Origin: Bacteroidales bacterium
Lineage (GTDB): Bacteria; Bacteroidota; Bacteroidia; Bacteroidales; WCHB1-69
Length of the DNA: 36,879 nucleotides
Direction: 5' to 3'
Assembly: GCA_031272415.1 (NCBI GenBank)
Contig: JAISTU010000207.1
Span: 1 to 36,879, forward strand
Shown: positions 23,813-31,934 of the stretch, one piece after another
How the letters are laid out: each line of letters begins with the position of its first letter
Numbering within the stretch: position 1 is the first letter of the stretch
Notes under the pieces: model-generated
The model's input: only the letters and a program-made list of their open reading frames with translations
Database searches by the model: none
What the model was told of the DNA's origin: nothing
Position numbers and translations under genes: made by a program

Positions 23813-26027
23813 TAAAGCACTTACGTGGCTGTGGAGAATATTTATCGGCGGTTTTGCGACTGTTATTTTGATATTTTTTCTTATTTCCGTAGGTGCATTG
23901 GGGTTTATGCCTTCGTTTGAGGATTTGGAAAACCCCAAAACCAATTTAGCGACAGAGATTATCTCCGAAGATGGCTACGTTTTGGGGAAATATTATGTAG
24001 AAAATCGTTCGCCGGCACAATATTATCAATTGCCTGATAATCTGATAAATGCGTTGGTCGCTACCGAAGATGCACGATTTTATAAACATTCGGGAGTAGA
24101 TGTTCGGGCGATAATGAGAGCCTTGTTTGGCGTGCTAACTTTCTCAAATCGAGGCGGTGGCAGTACAATTACTCAACAATTGGCAAAAAATTTATTTCCC
24201 AGAGGCGAGGATAGAAATATGTTTGAAATTGTTTTTATTAAACTCAAAGAGTGGGTTGTGGCGGTGAAATTGGAGCGAAATTATTCAAAAAATGAAATTT
24301 TGGCGATGTATCTCAACACGGTAGATTTTGGTAATTTATCGCACGGCATCAATTCGGCTGCAAAAACATATTTTGATAAATCTCCAAAAGATTTGACCGC
24401 CGAAGAAAGTGCGCTGTTGATAGGGATGCTCAAAGCACCTTCCAAATTCAATCCTAAACGACACCCTGAGGATGCCAAAAAACGCCGAAATGTGGTCTTA
24501 AGTCAAATGGAAAAATATGGCTATCTAACTGAAAATGAGTGCAATCAATACAAAGAAACAGAAATAGATATGTCTCATTTTAAATTGCAAGACCATAGGG
24601 TAGGCTCGGCGACTTATTTGAGAGAATATTTACGTCTAAAATTGCAAAAATGGGCAGAAGAAAATCCCAAACCTGACGGCTCACATTGGAATATTTACAA
24701 AGATGGTCTAAAAATTTATACAACTATCAATTATAAAATGCAACAATATGCGGAAGACGCTGTAAAAGAGTGGGTTGCAGGCACTTTACAAGAGCAATTT
24801 TTCAAGGAATGGAAAGGCAAAAAAAATGCACCTTTTTACAATCTTTCGGACGAAGAAACCCAAAAAAACCTTACAAAAGCAATGAAAGAGACCGACCGTT
24901 ACAAAGAACTCAAAAAAAATGGCTGGTCGGACGAAAAAATACGTGCTAATTTTGAAACGCCTGTACAAATGTGGCTTTTTAACGGGAAAGATGAAATTGA
25001 TACTGTTATGTCTCCTTTTGATTCCATTCGGCACATGAAATCGTTTTTAAATTGCGGTTTTTTGGCGATAGAATCCAAAACGGGCAAGGTGAGAGCATAC
25101 GTCGGTGGCGTCAATTTTGAATATTTTAAGTATGACCACGTAACTACATCTCGGCGTCAGGTAGGGTCGACATTTAAGCCTTTTGTTTACACGGTGGCGA
25201 TGCAAGATGCTGAATATTATCCTTGTACGCAAATTCCTAACTTGCCTGTTACCATTGATTTGCCCAACGGTCAATCGTGGACACCAAAAAATTCTTCCAA
25301 ATATAAAGAGGGTCAAATGGTTACGCTCTCCGAAGCCCTTGCCAATTCGATGAATAATGTATCTGCTTATTTAATGAAACGCATTGGTCCTGCGGCAGTT
25401 ATCAATTTATTACGCAAAATGGGTGTCCAAAGCGATATACCTGAAGTGCCTGCTATATGTTTGGGGGCTTGCGAACTCAAACTCGAAGAAATGGTGGGAG
25501 CAATCAATACTTTTAATAATCAAGGTGTTTATATTAAGCCTTATTATATTACCAAAATTTGTACGAGTAAGGGGCAAATTATCGCCACATTTTCCACCAC
25601 ACAAGAAGAGCCGATTGACAAAGTTTCTGCCTATAAAACCGTCCGTTTAATGCAAGGTGTAGTATTAGAAGGCACTGCTGCACGTCTCAATTATCGTTAC
25701 AAACTCAATATGCCCATGGCGGGCAAAACAGGTACAACAGACGACAATGCTGACGGCTGGTTTATGGGTTATACTCCACTTTTGACGGCTGGCGTTTGGG
25801 TAGGCTGCGATGACAGACAAGCACATTTTCGCTCCACAGCACTCGGACAAGGGGCTAATTCAGCCTTGCCGGTGTGGGCTTTGTTCATGAAAAAATGTTA
25901 TGAAGACCCTACTCTTAAATTGACAAAAGATGAATTTCCAAAACCCGATAATGAACTCTTAAAACAGGAATACTTTGATTGTCAAACATATAACTCAATG
26001 TTTAAAACAAAAAATATAGAATTTTAA
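23772..26027 (+). CDS. Bifunctional class A penicillin-binding protein (PBP1A: glycosyltransferase plus transpeptidase)
   Basis: GT51 motifs are ATEDARFYKHSGVD, GGSTITQQLAKN and RKLKEW-like KLERNYSKNEILAMYLN. Transpeptidase motifs are STFKP, SMN and KTGTT. It has an N-terminal TM anchor and overlaps the gldH-like gene by 41 nt. Confidence 0.9.
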   Translation: MGNIRKKSKQKSNNKALTWLWRIFIGGFATVILIFFLISVGALGFMPSFEDLENPKTNLATEIISEDGYVLGKYYVENRSPAQYYQLPDNLINALVATEDARFYKHSGVDVRAIMRALFGVLTFSNRGGGSTITQQLAKNLFPRGEDRNMFEIVFIKLKEWVVAVKLERNYSKNEILAMYLNTVDFGNLSHGINSAAKTYFDKSPKDLTAEESALLIGMLKAPSKFNPKRHPEDAKKRRNVVLSQMEKYGYLTENECNQYKETEIDMSHFKLQDHRVGSATYLREYLRLKLQKWAEENPKPDGSHWNIYKDGLKIYTTINYKMQQYAEDAVKEWVAGTLQEQFFKEWKGKKNAPFYNLSDEETQKNLTKAMKETDRYKELKKNGWSDEKIRANFETPVQMWLFNGKDEIDTVMSPFDSIRHMKSFLNCGFLAIESKTGKVRAYVGGVNFEYFKYDHVTTSRRQVGSTFKPFVYTVAMQDAEYYPCTQIPNLPVTIDLPNGQSWTPKNSSKYKEGQMVTLSEALANSMNNVSAYLMKRIGPAAVINLLRKMGVQSDIPEVPAICLGACELKLEEMVGAINTFNNQGVYIKPYYITKICTSKGQIIATFSTTQEEPIDKVSAYKTVRLMQGVVLEGTAARLNYRYKLNMPMAGKTGTTDDNADGWFMGYTPLLTAGVWVGCDDRQAHFRSTALGQGANSALPVWALFMKKCYEDPTLKLTKDEFPKPDNELLKQEYFDCQTYNSMFKTKNIEF

Positions 26028-26075
26028 AGGGAACTTATGGATTGCTTTTTGCTTAAAATTTGGGTGATTTTCATT

Positions 26076-26110
26076 TTTTAGAACGTTTTTATCCCAAAAT
26101 GCAAAAAAAA
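26076..26110 (+). repeat. Repeat module ttttagaacgtttttatcccaaaatgcaaaaaaaa
   Basis: 35 nt identical to 23143-23177. It sits between convergent stop codons, so it is not tied to a promoter here. Confidence 0.9.
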
Positions 26111-26119
26111 TAGGTAAAT

Positions 26120-28516
26120 TTACATTTCTACGACTGTAATTCCGGTGCCGCCAAATTCTTCTTTTTGGTCATAAAATGCTTTAACAAAGCGTTGTTTGCG
26201 CAAGAATTCGCGTATTTTGAGACGCAAAATTCCATTTCCTTTTCCGTGTAAAATACTCACTTGATGTATGCTCAACAATGCTGCGTCGTCCAAATATTTT
26301 TCAACCTCTTGCAAAGCCTCGTCTGCACGAAAGCCTCTGATGTCCAATTGAAGGGAAAAATTGGCAGTTTTTTTGCTTAAATCGGGATAAAGAGAGCCTG
26401 ATTTACGGATTTTTTTGGCTTCTGTGCGTGAAATTTTGCGTACATTTTTTTTGTCCGTGCGTACATTGATAGAATTGAACGACACCACTACCTCATCACC
26501 ATTGATAGTCGTTATTTCCCCAATAGTGTGCGTATCTTCCATAATTACGGTGTCATATAAGGCAATTTGAGGGTCTATATCTGCAATTTTTTCGTTTTCA
26601 GTGGCGGGAGGTATTTCTTTTTTGTTCTCTTCTTCCATTTGTTGAACCACTTTTTGGATTTCTGCTTTTGCTTTTTTTGTAACTTCCTTATTTGCTTGGT
26701 GTTCGCGGATTTCTTTGACTGTTTTTTCAATCAATTTATTGGTATCTTTGAGCAAATTTTGTGCTTCTTGTCGGCTTGTTTTAAGGATTTTTGCTTGCTG
26801 TGTTTGTAGTGATGCTAATTTTTCTTCATATTCTTTTTTTAGTTCAATGAATTGATTTTGAGCGATTTCCAATGATTTTTTTTGTTCATCTACTTCTTTT
26901 TCTTTGTTTTGCAATCGGTGCAAAAGTTGGTCATATTTAATTTTTTCTTTTCCTGCAATTTGCGTGGCACGGGCGAGAATGTGTGGATTGAGACCCGATT
27001 TTTGTGCAATTTCAAAAGTGAATGAGGTGCCGTATTGACCGATTTTGAGTTCAAAAAGAGGACGCATTTCATTGGTATCGAACAGCATAGCGCCATTTTC
27101 AATTTTAGAATTATTGAGTGCCATCATTTTCAATTTTCCAAAATGAGTTGTTACCAATCCGCAAGCATTTTTTGCCGCCAAAGTTTCCAAAAGTGCTTCT
27201 GCAATTGCCTCTCCGTAATGCGGGTCTGTGCCTCCCCCCAATTCGTCCAACAAAAACAAACTATCAGGACGTGCTTTGGAGAGCAAAATTTGCATATTTT
27301 TTAAATGTGAAGAATACGTACTTAAATCATTATCAATTGATTGCTCATCTCCAATATCAATAAAAATATCTTTAAAAATACCAAATTCCGACAAAGGACT
27401 GCAACAAACAGGCAACCCGCATTGAAACGAATATTGTGTTAATGCTAATGTTTTTAAACACACTGACTTACCCCCTGCATTAGGACCTGAAATAACCAAT
27501 ATTTTAAATTTTTCACCCAAAACAATGTCCATAGGTACAACGGGTTTATTTTTGGACTTCAAATGTAACCAAAGCAATGGATGCACTGCTTTTTTCCAGT
27601 GAATAAAAGGCTGATTGGAAATAATCGGTTTGCAAGCATTCATTTGGAGTGCAAATTTGGCTTTTGCTCTTATAAAGTCAATGATACTCAAATAGTTATA
27701 ACCTTCCAAAACAGACGGCAAACAAGGACGCAAATTGTCAGTAAATTGTTTTAAAATAAGCACTATTTCTCGCCTTTCTTCCAATTGCAGATTGTGCAGA
27801 TGATTGTTAGATTCATAAATATCTTGTGGCTCAATAAAATACGTTTGTCCACTTGCTGAGACATCTCTTATAATTCCTTTCACTTTCCGCTTGTTGACTG
27901 CCGGCACAGGCAACACAAAAGCACCATCTCTGATATTGAGTTCGGCATTATCGTCAATGAGTTTGAGTTGTTTGTGAAATTGCAGATTTTTCTTTGCCAA
28001 AGCAGAAAGTTCGTTTTCTGTTTCCCGAATTTGCCGCCGAATAAAAGACAATTGTTCTGACGCAGTATCTTTTATAACTCCTTTATTATCAATAATTTCA
28101 TCAATTTGCAACAAATAATTTTCATGCAAATCCATATTTGTCGATAAATGAGAAAGTTGTGGATATTTAGAAATATTTTGTTCATTTTTGAAAAAAATCA
28201 AACAAGCATCAATTGTGTGCAAAGAATCCCTCAGATTACACAAATTTTCAATCTCAATAAAAGTGCCTTCTGTTTGTAAGCGATTGATTTCCTGCGTCAT
28301 ATCAAAATAATTTTGTGCAGGAAAGTAGGCATTTGAGAGCAAAATTTGTATAAATTCGTCCGTTTGTGTATGTACTTTTTGCAGGTAGGAATAGGAGGTA
28401 CTGATACGAATTTTATCTACCTGTCTTTTTCCTAATGTGCTAATACAGTGTGTTTTAAGTAAATTCCGAATTTGTTCAAAATCAATTTTATTTTCAAAAT
28501 CGGCAGGATAAATCAT
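26120..28516 (-). CDS. mutS2: Endonuclease MutS2 (MutS-family ATPase with a C-terminal Smr domain)
   Basis: Walker A ISGPNAGGKSV, Walker B region LFLLDELGGGTDP, a coiled-coil K/E-rich linker and the Smr domain LDIRGFRADEAL...ILHGKGNGILR. Confidence 0.9.
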   Translation of the reverse strand: MIYPADFENKIDFEQIRNLLKTHCISTLGKRQVDKIRISTSYSYLQKVHTQTDEFIQILLSNAYFPAQNYFDMTQEINRLQTEGTFIEIENLCNLRDSLHTIDACLIFFKNEQNISKYPQLSHLSTNMDLHENYLLQIDEIIDNKGVIKDTASEQLSFIRRQIRETENELSALAKKNLQFHKQLKLIDDNAELNIRDGAFVLPVPAVNKRKVKGIIRDVSASGQTYFIEPQDIYESNNHLHNLQLEERREIVLILKQFTDNLRPCLPSVLEGYNYLSIIDFIRAKAKFALQMNACKPIISNQPFIHWKKAVHPLLWLHLKSKNKPVVPMDIVLGEKFKILVISGPNAGGKSVCLKTLALTQYSFQCGLPVCCSPLSEFGIFKDIFIDIGDEQSIDNDLSTYSSHLKNMQILLSKARPDSLFLLDELGGGTDPHYGEAIAEALLETLAAKNACGLVTTHFGKLKMMALNNSKIENGAMLFDTNEMRPLFELKIGQYGTSFTFEIAQKSGLNPHILARATQIAGKEKIKYDQLLHRLQNKEKEVDEQKKSLEIAQNQFIELKKEYEEKLASLQTQQAKILKTSRQEAQNLLKDTNKLIEKTVKEIREHQANKEVTKKAKAEIQKVVQQMEEENKKEIPPATENEKIADIDPQIALYDTVIMEDTHTIGEITTINGDEVVVSFNSINVRTDKKNVRKISRTEAKKIRKSGSLYPDLSKKTANFSLQLDIRGFRADEALQEVEKYLDDAALLSIHQVSILHGKGNGILRLKIREFLRKQRFVKAFYDQKEEFGGTGITVVEM

Positions 28517-28531
28517 TTTGTCTTTTTTACT

Positions 28532-29359
28532 TTATAAAATATTTTTTAATAATTCTTCTGCTGTCATTTCCATTTTGGAAAATGCAAAAAGTTTTTTACC
28601 TAAGTCTTTTAATGATGCTCCGATATGGTATAAATCATTGTCAATCAATAGAAAACGGTCATGTATATTTGGTTTTTCTTGCATCAAAATTTTAGGATAT
28701 TGTGCATTCTGTTTTTGTAAATCCAATCGCAAAGTGTCTGAAATTTCTTTTGTAAAAATTGTTGCTTTTACCTTGCTTTTTCGCTTGGAAAGTAAAGTTA
28801 AAACACTCATATCCAGGTAATTATCTGTCACTACAATTTCTTTTTTTGCTGTTTCAATCAAATCGGAAACAAATTTATAAGCATCAAAAATTTGTCCGTT
28901 GTAAAAAACACCTTCTTTTTCTTTTGGAGGCAATTCGGTACGAACTATAAAATCTATCTGTTTTTCCGTTTGTGTAACACGATATTCCAAACGCTCAAAA
29001 CGTTGATTGATAGCATAGCCTTTTAAAATATAATCTCTTAACGTTTTTGTAGCCCAAATACGAAATTCAGTACCACGTTGAGATTTTACTCGGTAACCAA
29101 CAGAAATTATTACATCCAAATTATAAAAAGCGACAGGTCTATCAATATTTGTAATATGCAAAATTTGCATATTGCTTTTTGCGTCAAGTTCTTTTTCCTT
29201 AAAAACATTCTTTATATGCTTGGATATAACCGATTGGTCACGCTCAAAGAGCATAACCATTTGTGCCTGCGTGAGCCAAACAGTATCGTTTTCCACTCTG
29301 ACATCCAACTGAACACTATCGTTAGGATTATACAATATAATTTCGTTTTTTGTATTCAT
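28532..29359 (-). CDS. RhuM-family protein (virulence-associated RhuM-like; function unknown)
   Basis: The N-terminus IILYNPNDSVQLDVRVENDTVWLTQAQMVMLF...ISKHIKNVFKEKEL, then FYNLDVIISVGYRVKSQRGTEFRIWATKTLRDYILKGYAIN, and the C-terminal HDRFLLIDNDLYHIGASLKDLGKKLFAFSKM match my recollection of the RhuM family. Confidence 0.7.
   Translation of the reverse strand: MNTKNEIILYNPNDSVQLDVRVENDTVWLTQAQMVMLFERDQSVISKHIKNVFKEKELDAKSNMQILHITNIDRPVAFYNLDVIISVGYRVKSQRGTEFRIWATKTLRDYILKGYAINQRFERLEYRVTQTEKQIDFIVRTELPPKEKEGVFYNGQIFDAYKFVSDLIETAKKEIVVTDNYLDMSVLTLLSKRKSKVKATIFTKEISDTLRLDLQKQNAQYPKILMQEKPNIHDRFLLIDNDLYHIGASLKDLGKKLFAFSKMEMTAEELLKNIL
29153..29173. repeat. Perfect palindrome aatatgcaaa-a-tttgcatatt inside the RhuM-family gene
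   Basis: 10-nt arms around one central base. It shares a 19-nt core with the palindrome at 29425-29449. Confidence 0.9.
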
Positions 29360-29691
29360 TTTGTTCTATTTTGTGATATGTTTTCAACTAAAAATGTTAC
29401 GTCCTGTATTTCCCCATTTGTTATAGTATATGCAAAATTTGCATATACTGAATTTCGTTGCGAATTTTGAACTGTCAAGAAATCCTTGACAGTTGATTTT
29501 TGTAATTCGCCTTCTTTGATAATATTTTTGACATGCAAACTAATATTTTGTTTTGTTGTAGCAAACAAAACGGTCATTTGTGCCTGCGTGAGCCAAACAG
29601 TATCGTTTTCAATCATCACTTCCAACTGAACACTATCGTTGGGTTTATATAATATTATTTCATTTTTCTTGTCGGCAATTGGGGTAGTCAT
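29356..29691 (-). pseudogene. Truncated RhuM-family paralogue (N-terminal about 80 aa only)
   Basis: IILYKPNDSVQLEVMIENDTVWLTQAQMTVLF...ISLHVKNIIKEGELQKSTVKDFLTVQ, after which similarity is lost. 36 nt (29575-29610) and 20 nt (29621-29640) are identical to 29258-29293 and 29304-29323. The stop overlaps the start of the full-length copy (ATGA). Confidence 0.6.
29425..29449. repeat. Perfect palindrome agtatatgcaaa-a-tttgcatatact
   Basis: 12-nt arms around one central base. It is located where the truncated RhuM paralogue loses family similarity. Confidence 0.9.
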
Positions 29692-29694
29692 ATT

Positions 29695-30441
29695 TTAGTC
29701 ATTTTTCAGAGACTCTTCTGCAATCTTTTTTAGCACTGCATTGATTTTCATGCGTTTTTCTTTACTGAAACTGCACAACTGCTCTTGAAATTCGGCAAGA
29801 ATATCATTTTCGAGATGCTTATTTCCCACAACTTTATATTTCAAATAATACAATTTCCCTTGCTGTTCTTTGTAATTGACTTCTTCGTCCGAAAGAGCAG
29901 TGAGTGCTTTTGGGTCCCAGTTCACCATTCGTACTCCTCTGTAAATCAGCCCTTTATCGTATAAATCACAAAAGACTTTCAGCACTGATTTTGAGCGAAT
30001 TTCATCCATTGTGAATGCAGTCCTGTCCCAGTCGCAGGAGCAGCCCAATTTTTTAAGTTGTTCAAGGATAATTCCGCCGTGTTTGTGTGTCCACTCCCAA
30101 GCATGTTTAAGAAACTCTTCGCGGGAGAGGTCGCTTTTTTTGACGCCTTCTTGTGCCAATTTATTAACTACTTTGGCTTCGGTGGCAATTGAGGCATGGT
30201 CAGTTCCCGGCACCCAGCAGGCATTTTTTCCTTGCATTCTTGCCCTGCGTACAAGCACGTCCTGAATGGTATTGTTGAGCATGTGTCCCATGTGCAAAAC
30301 ACCGGTAACATTGGGAGGCGGAATAACAACAGTATAAGGCTTTTGTGCATTAGGCTGAGAATGAAAAAGTTTATTTTCAAGCCAATATTTATACCATTTT
30401 TCCTCGATTTTATGCGGTTCGTATTTTGATGATATTTCCAT
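29695..30441 (-). pseudogene. valS: Valyl-tRNA synthetase, 5' fragment only (about 205 of about 870 codons) with an unrelated 40-aa tail
   Basis: The N-terminus is classic ValRS: [55 protein letters not shown] ... [19 protein letters not shown]...[10 protein letters not shown]. The expected TTRPET and KMSKS regions are absent. The ORF ends at 29695 and RhuM-family ORFs follow directly. Confidence 0.8.
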
Positions 30442-30450
30442 TATATTCCT

Positions 30451-31746
30451 TTATTCTTTGGGCTTTCCGTTAGACAAAAATTCCATTGTTTCGTTAGATT
30501 TTGCTTTTTTATTGTAAAATTCTACCGAATAATAAGGTTTTTGACCGGGTTGATAAATTATACTGCCTTCATTTACAGTCGATTTGGGATAATTATTTTC
30601 AATATATGTCCGAATGGAAGAAGGTATACTTTCAATTTTTGCCAATTTAATAACTGTTTCTTTCCACTCTGCATTTTGGGTATAAGTAACAGTATTTTCG
30701 CCTTTTGCATCAGTGAAAGTGGCTACATAATTTTGCTCCTCATCGTACATCCAATCTGCATCTTTGGCACGTGGATAGCGAGATTTGAGCAATGAATCAA
30801 AAACTGTTTTTACAGAATCTTCCCATACAACAGATTTGGGGCGATAGGCAGGCTTAATCTCTTCTTTTTGTTCAACTTCCTCACTTTGTTCAACCACTTT
30901 GTAAGGGTCATCTACTTTGAGAAATTTTCCATCTCGTGTAAACCACACTGTCGCATGAGGCTGATTGACACCATTTCTTTGAATAACAATCTGATACACA
31001 CTACCTTCCTGCTCAAATTCGTCATATTCATCATAATCTATTTGTTTGTAAATATAATCGGGATAATTTTTGGCGACCCATCTTTGAATGGCGGCAGGCA
31101 GTTCATCTTCTCTCAATTTTGTAGGATAAATTTCCATAGAACGCGAATTTTCAAACGCTTTTTCTATTTTTTTATCTTCCTGTTCTTCTTTTTTTGCATT
31201 TTTAGTGTTTTTTGTTGTCTCGTTTGTTTGTTCTGTGCGAATAACTTTCCCTGTTTTGTCTAAATAAACACGCGTAATTTGTTTATTTTTAATGTTTTGT
31301 TGTTCATAAATAGTAACTATGAACTGGTCATTTTTATCACTCCGCGTCTCTCTTTGCAGACTTTCCAATTTAAAATTAGGAAAAAACTCATTCACACTCT
31401 TTGCCTGCGAAGACATAAAACGCTCATTAGGCAATTTTTCCAATGTTCTTTTCCAAACGCCCATAGTATCCAAATCAATCACAGACGCAACATCCCTTAA
31501 CGAGCAACTGATTCTGTAAATCCCGTCCGATTTAACAAATTCCCATTGCTGTTCGGTGGCAGAAGAGAACTTCTTTTTAAACATTTTCATCACATTTTCA
31601 GGGATTTGGTCTTCCCTTAAATATGTTTTTGTCGCCACAGAAGTGTCGTTTTTTTTAGATTTTTGTGCTTGTACAAAACCTACACAAACCGTTGTCAGTA
31701 ACACCAACAAAATCAATTTTCTCAAATTTATTCCTGTCTTAATCAT
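30451..31746 (-). CDS. Secreted protein with repeated PepSY-like (DUF2874-type) modules
   Basis: It has a signal peptide (LILLVLLTTVCVGFVQAQ). Four modules have the form [I/L]P..[V/I]...[F/V]...[F/Y]P.......W/Y... (IPENVMKMFKKKFSSATEQQWEF; LPAAIQRWVAKNYPDYIYKQIDY; VKTVFDSLLKSRYPRAKDADWMY; IPSSIRTYIENNYPKSTVNEGSI). There is a K/E-rich central linker. Confidence 0.5.
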   Translation of the reverse strand: MIKTGINLRKLILLVLLTTVCVGFVQAQKSKKNDTSVATKTYLREDQIPENVMKMFKKKFSSATEQQWEFVKSDGIYRISCSLRDVASVIDLDTMGVWKRTLEKLPNERFMSSQAKSVNEFFPNFKLESLQRETRSDKNDQFIVTIYEQQNIKNKQITRVYLDKTGKVIRTEQTNETTKNTKNAKKEEQEDKKIEKAFENSRSMEIYPTKLREDELPAAIQRWVAKNYPDYIYKQIDYDEYDEFEQEGSVYQIVIQRNGVNQPHATVWFTRDGKFLKVDDPYKVVEQSEEVEQKEEIKPAYRPKSVVWEDSVKTVFDSLLKSRYPRAKDADWMYDEEQNYVATFTDAKGENTVTYTQNAEWKETVIKLAKIESIPSSIRTYIENNYPKSTVNEGSIIYQPGQKPYYSVEFYNKKAKSNETMEFLSNGKPKE

Positions 31747-31816
31747 TATATTACGAATTTTAAATACAATTTAATTATTATGTTATAACGTTTATTGAGA
31801 TATTTTATTGTATATT

Positions 31817-31843
31817 GAATGCAAAAAAAATCTACATTTACAT
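31817..31843 (+). repeat. Partial repeat module gaatgcaaaaaaaatctacatttacat
   Basis: Same aaatgcaaaaaaaatctaca core as 211-228. Confidence 0.7.
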
Positions 31844-31853
31844 TTTTTTAATT

Positions 31854-31886
31854 TTATTTTTTAATTGAAGGAAAAGTGTATCTTTG
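31854..31886 (+). promoter_or_regulatory. Promoter cassette variant (ttattttttaattg-N11-TATCTTTG)
   Basis: The -7 box at 31879-31886 is 49 nt upstream of the ATG at 31935. Confidence 0.65.
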
Positions 31887-31934
31887 TATTTTTAAAATAT
31901 TTTTGTAGTATTAATTAAATAAACTGTAAATTTC

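Noticed and set aside
29695-29820. The 40-aa tail of the valS fragment might be the displaced coiled-coil C-terminus of ValRS, implying an internal deletion.
   Set aside because: It lacks the KLSNE.F..KAP-type signature I expect in the ValRS C-terminal domain. The origin of the tail remains unknown. An HsdM-like C-terminus is only a guess.
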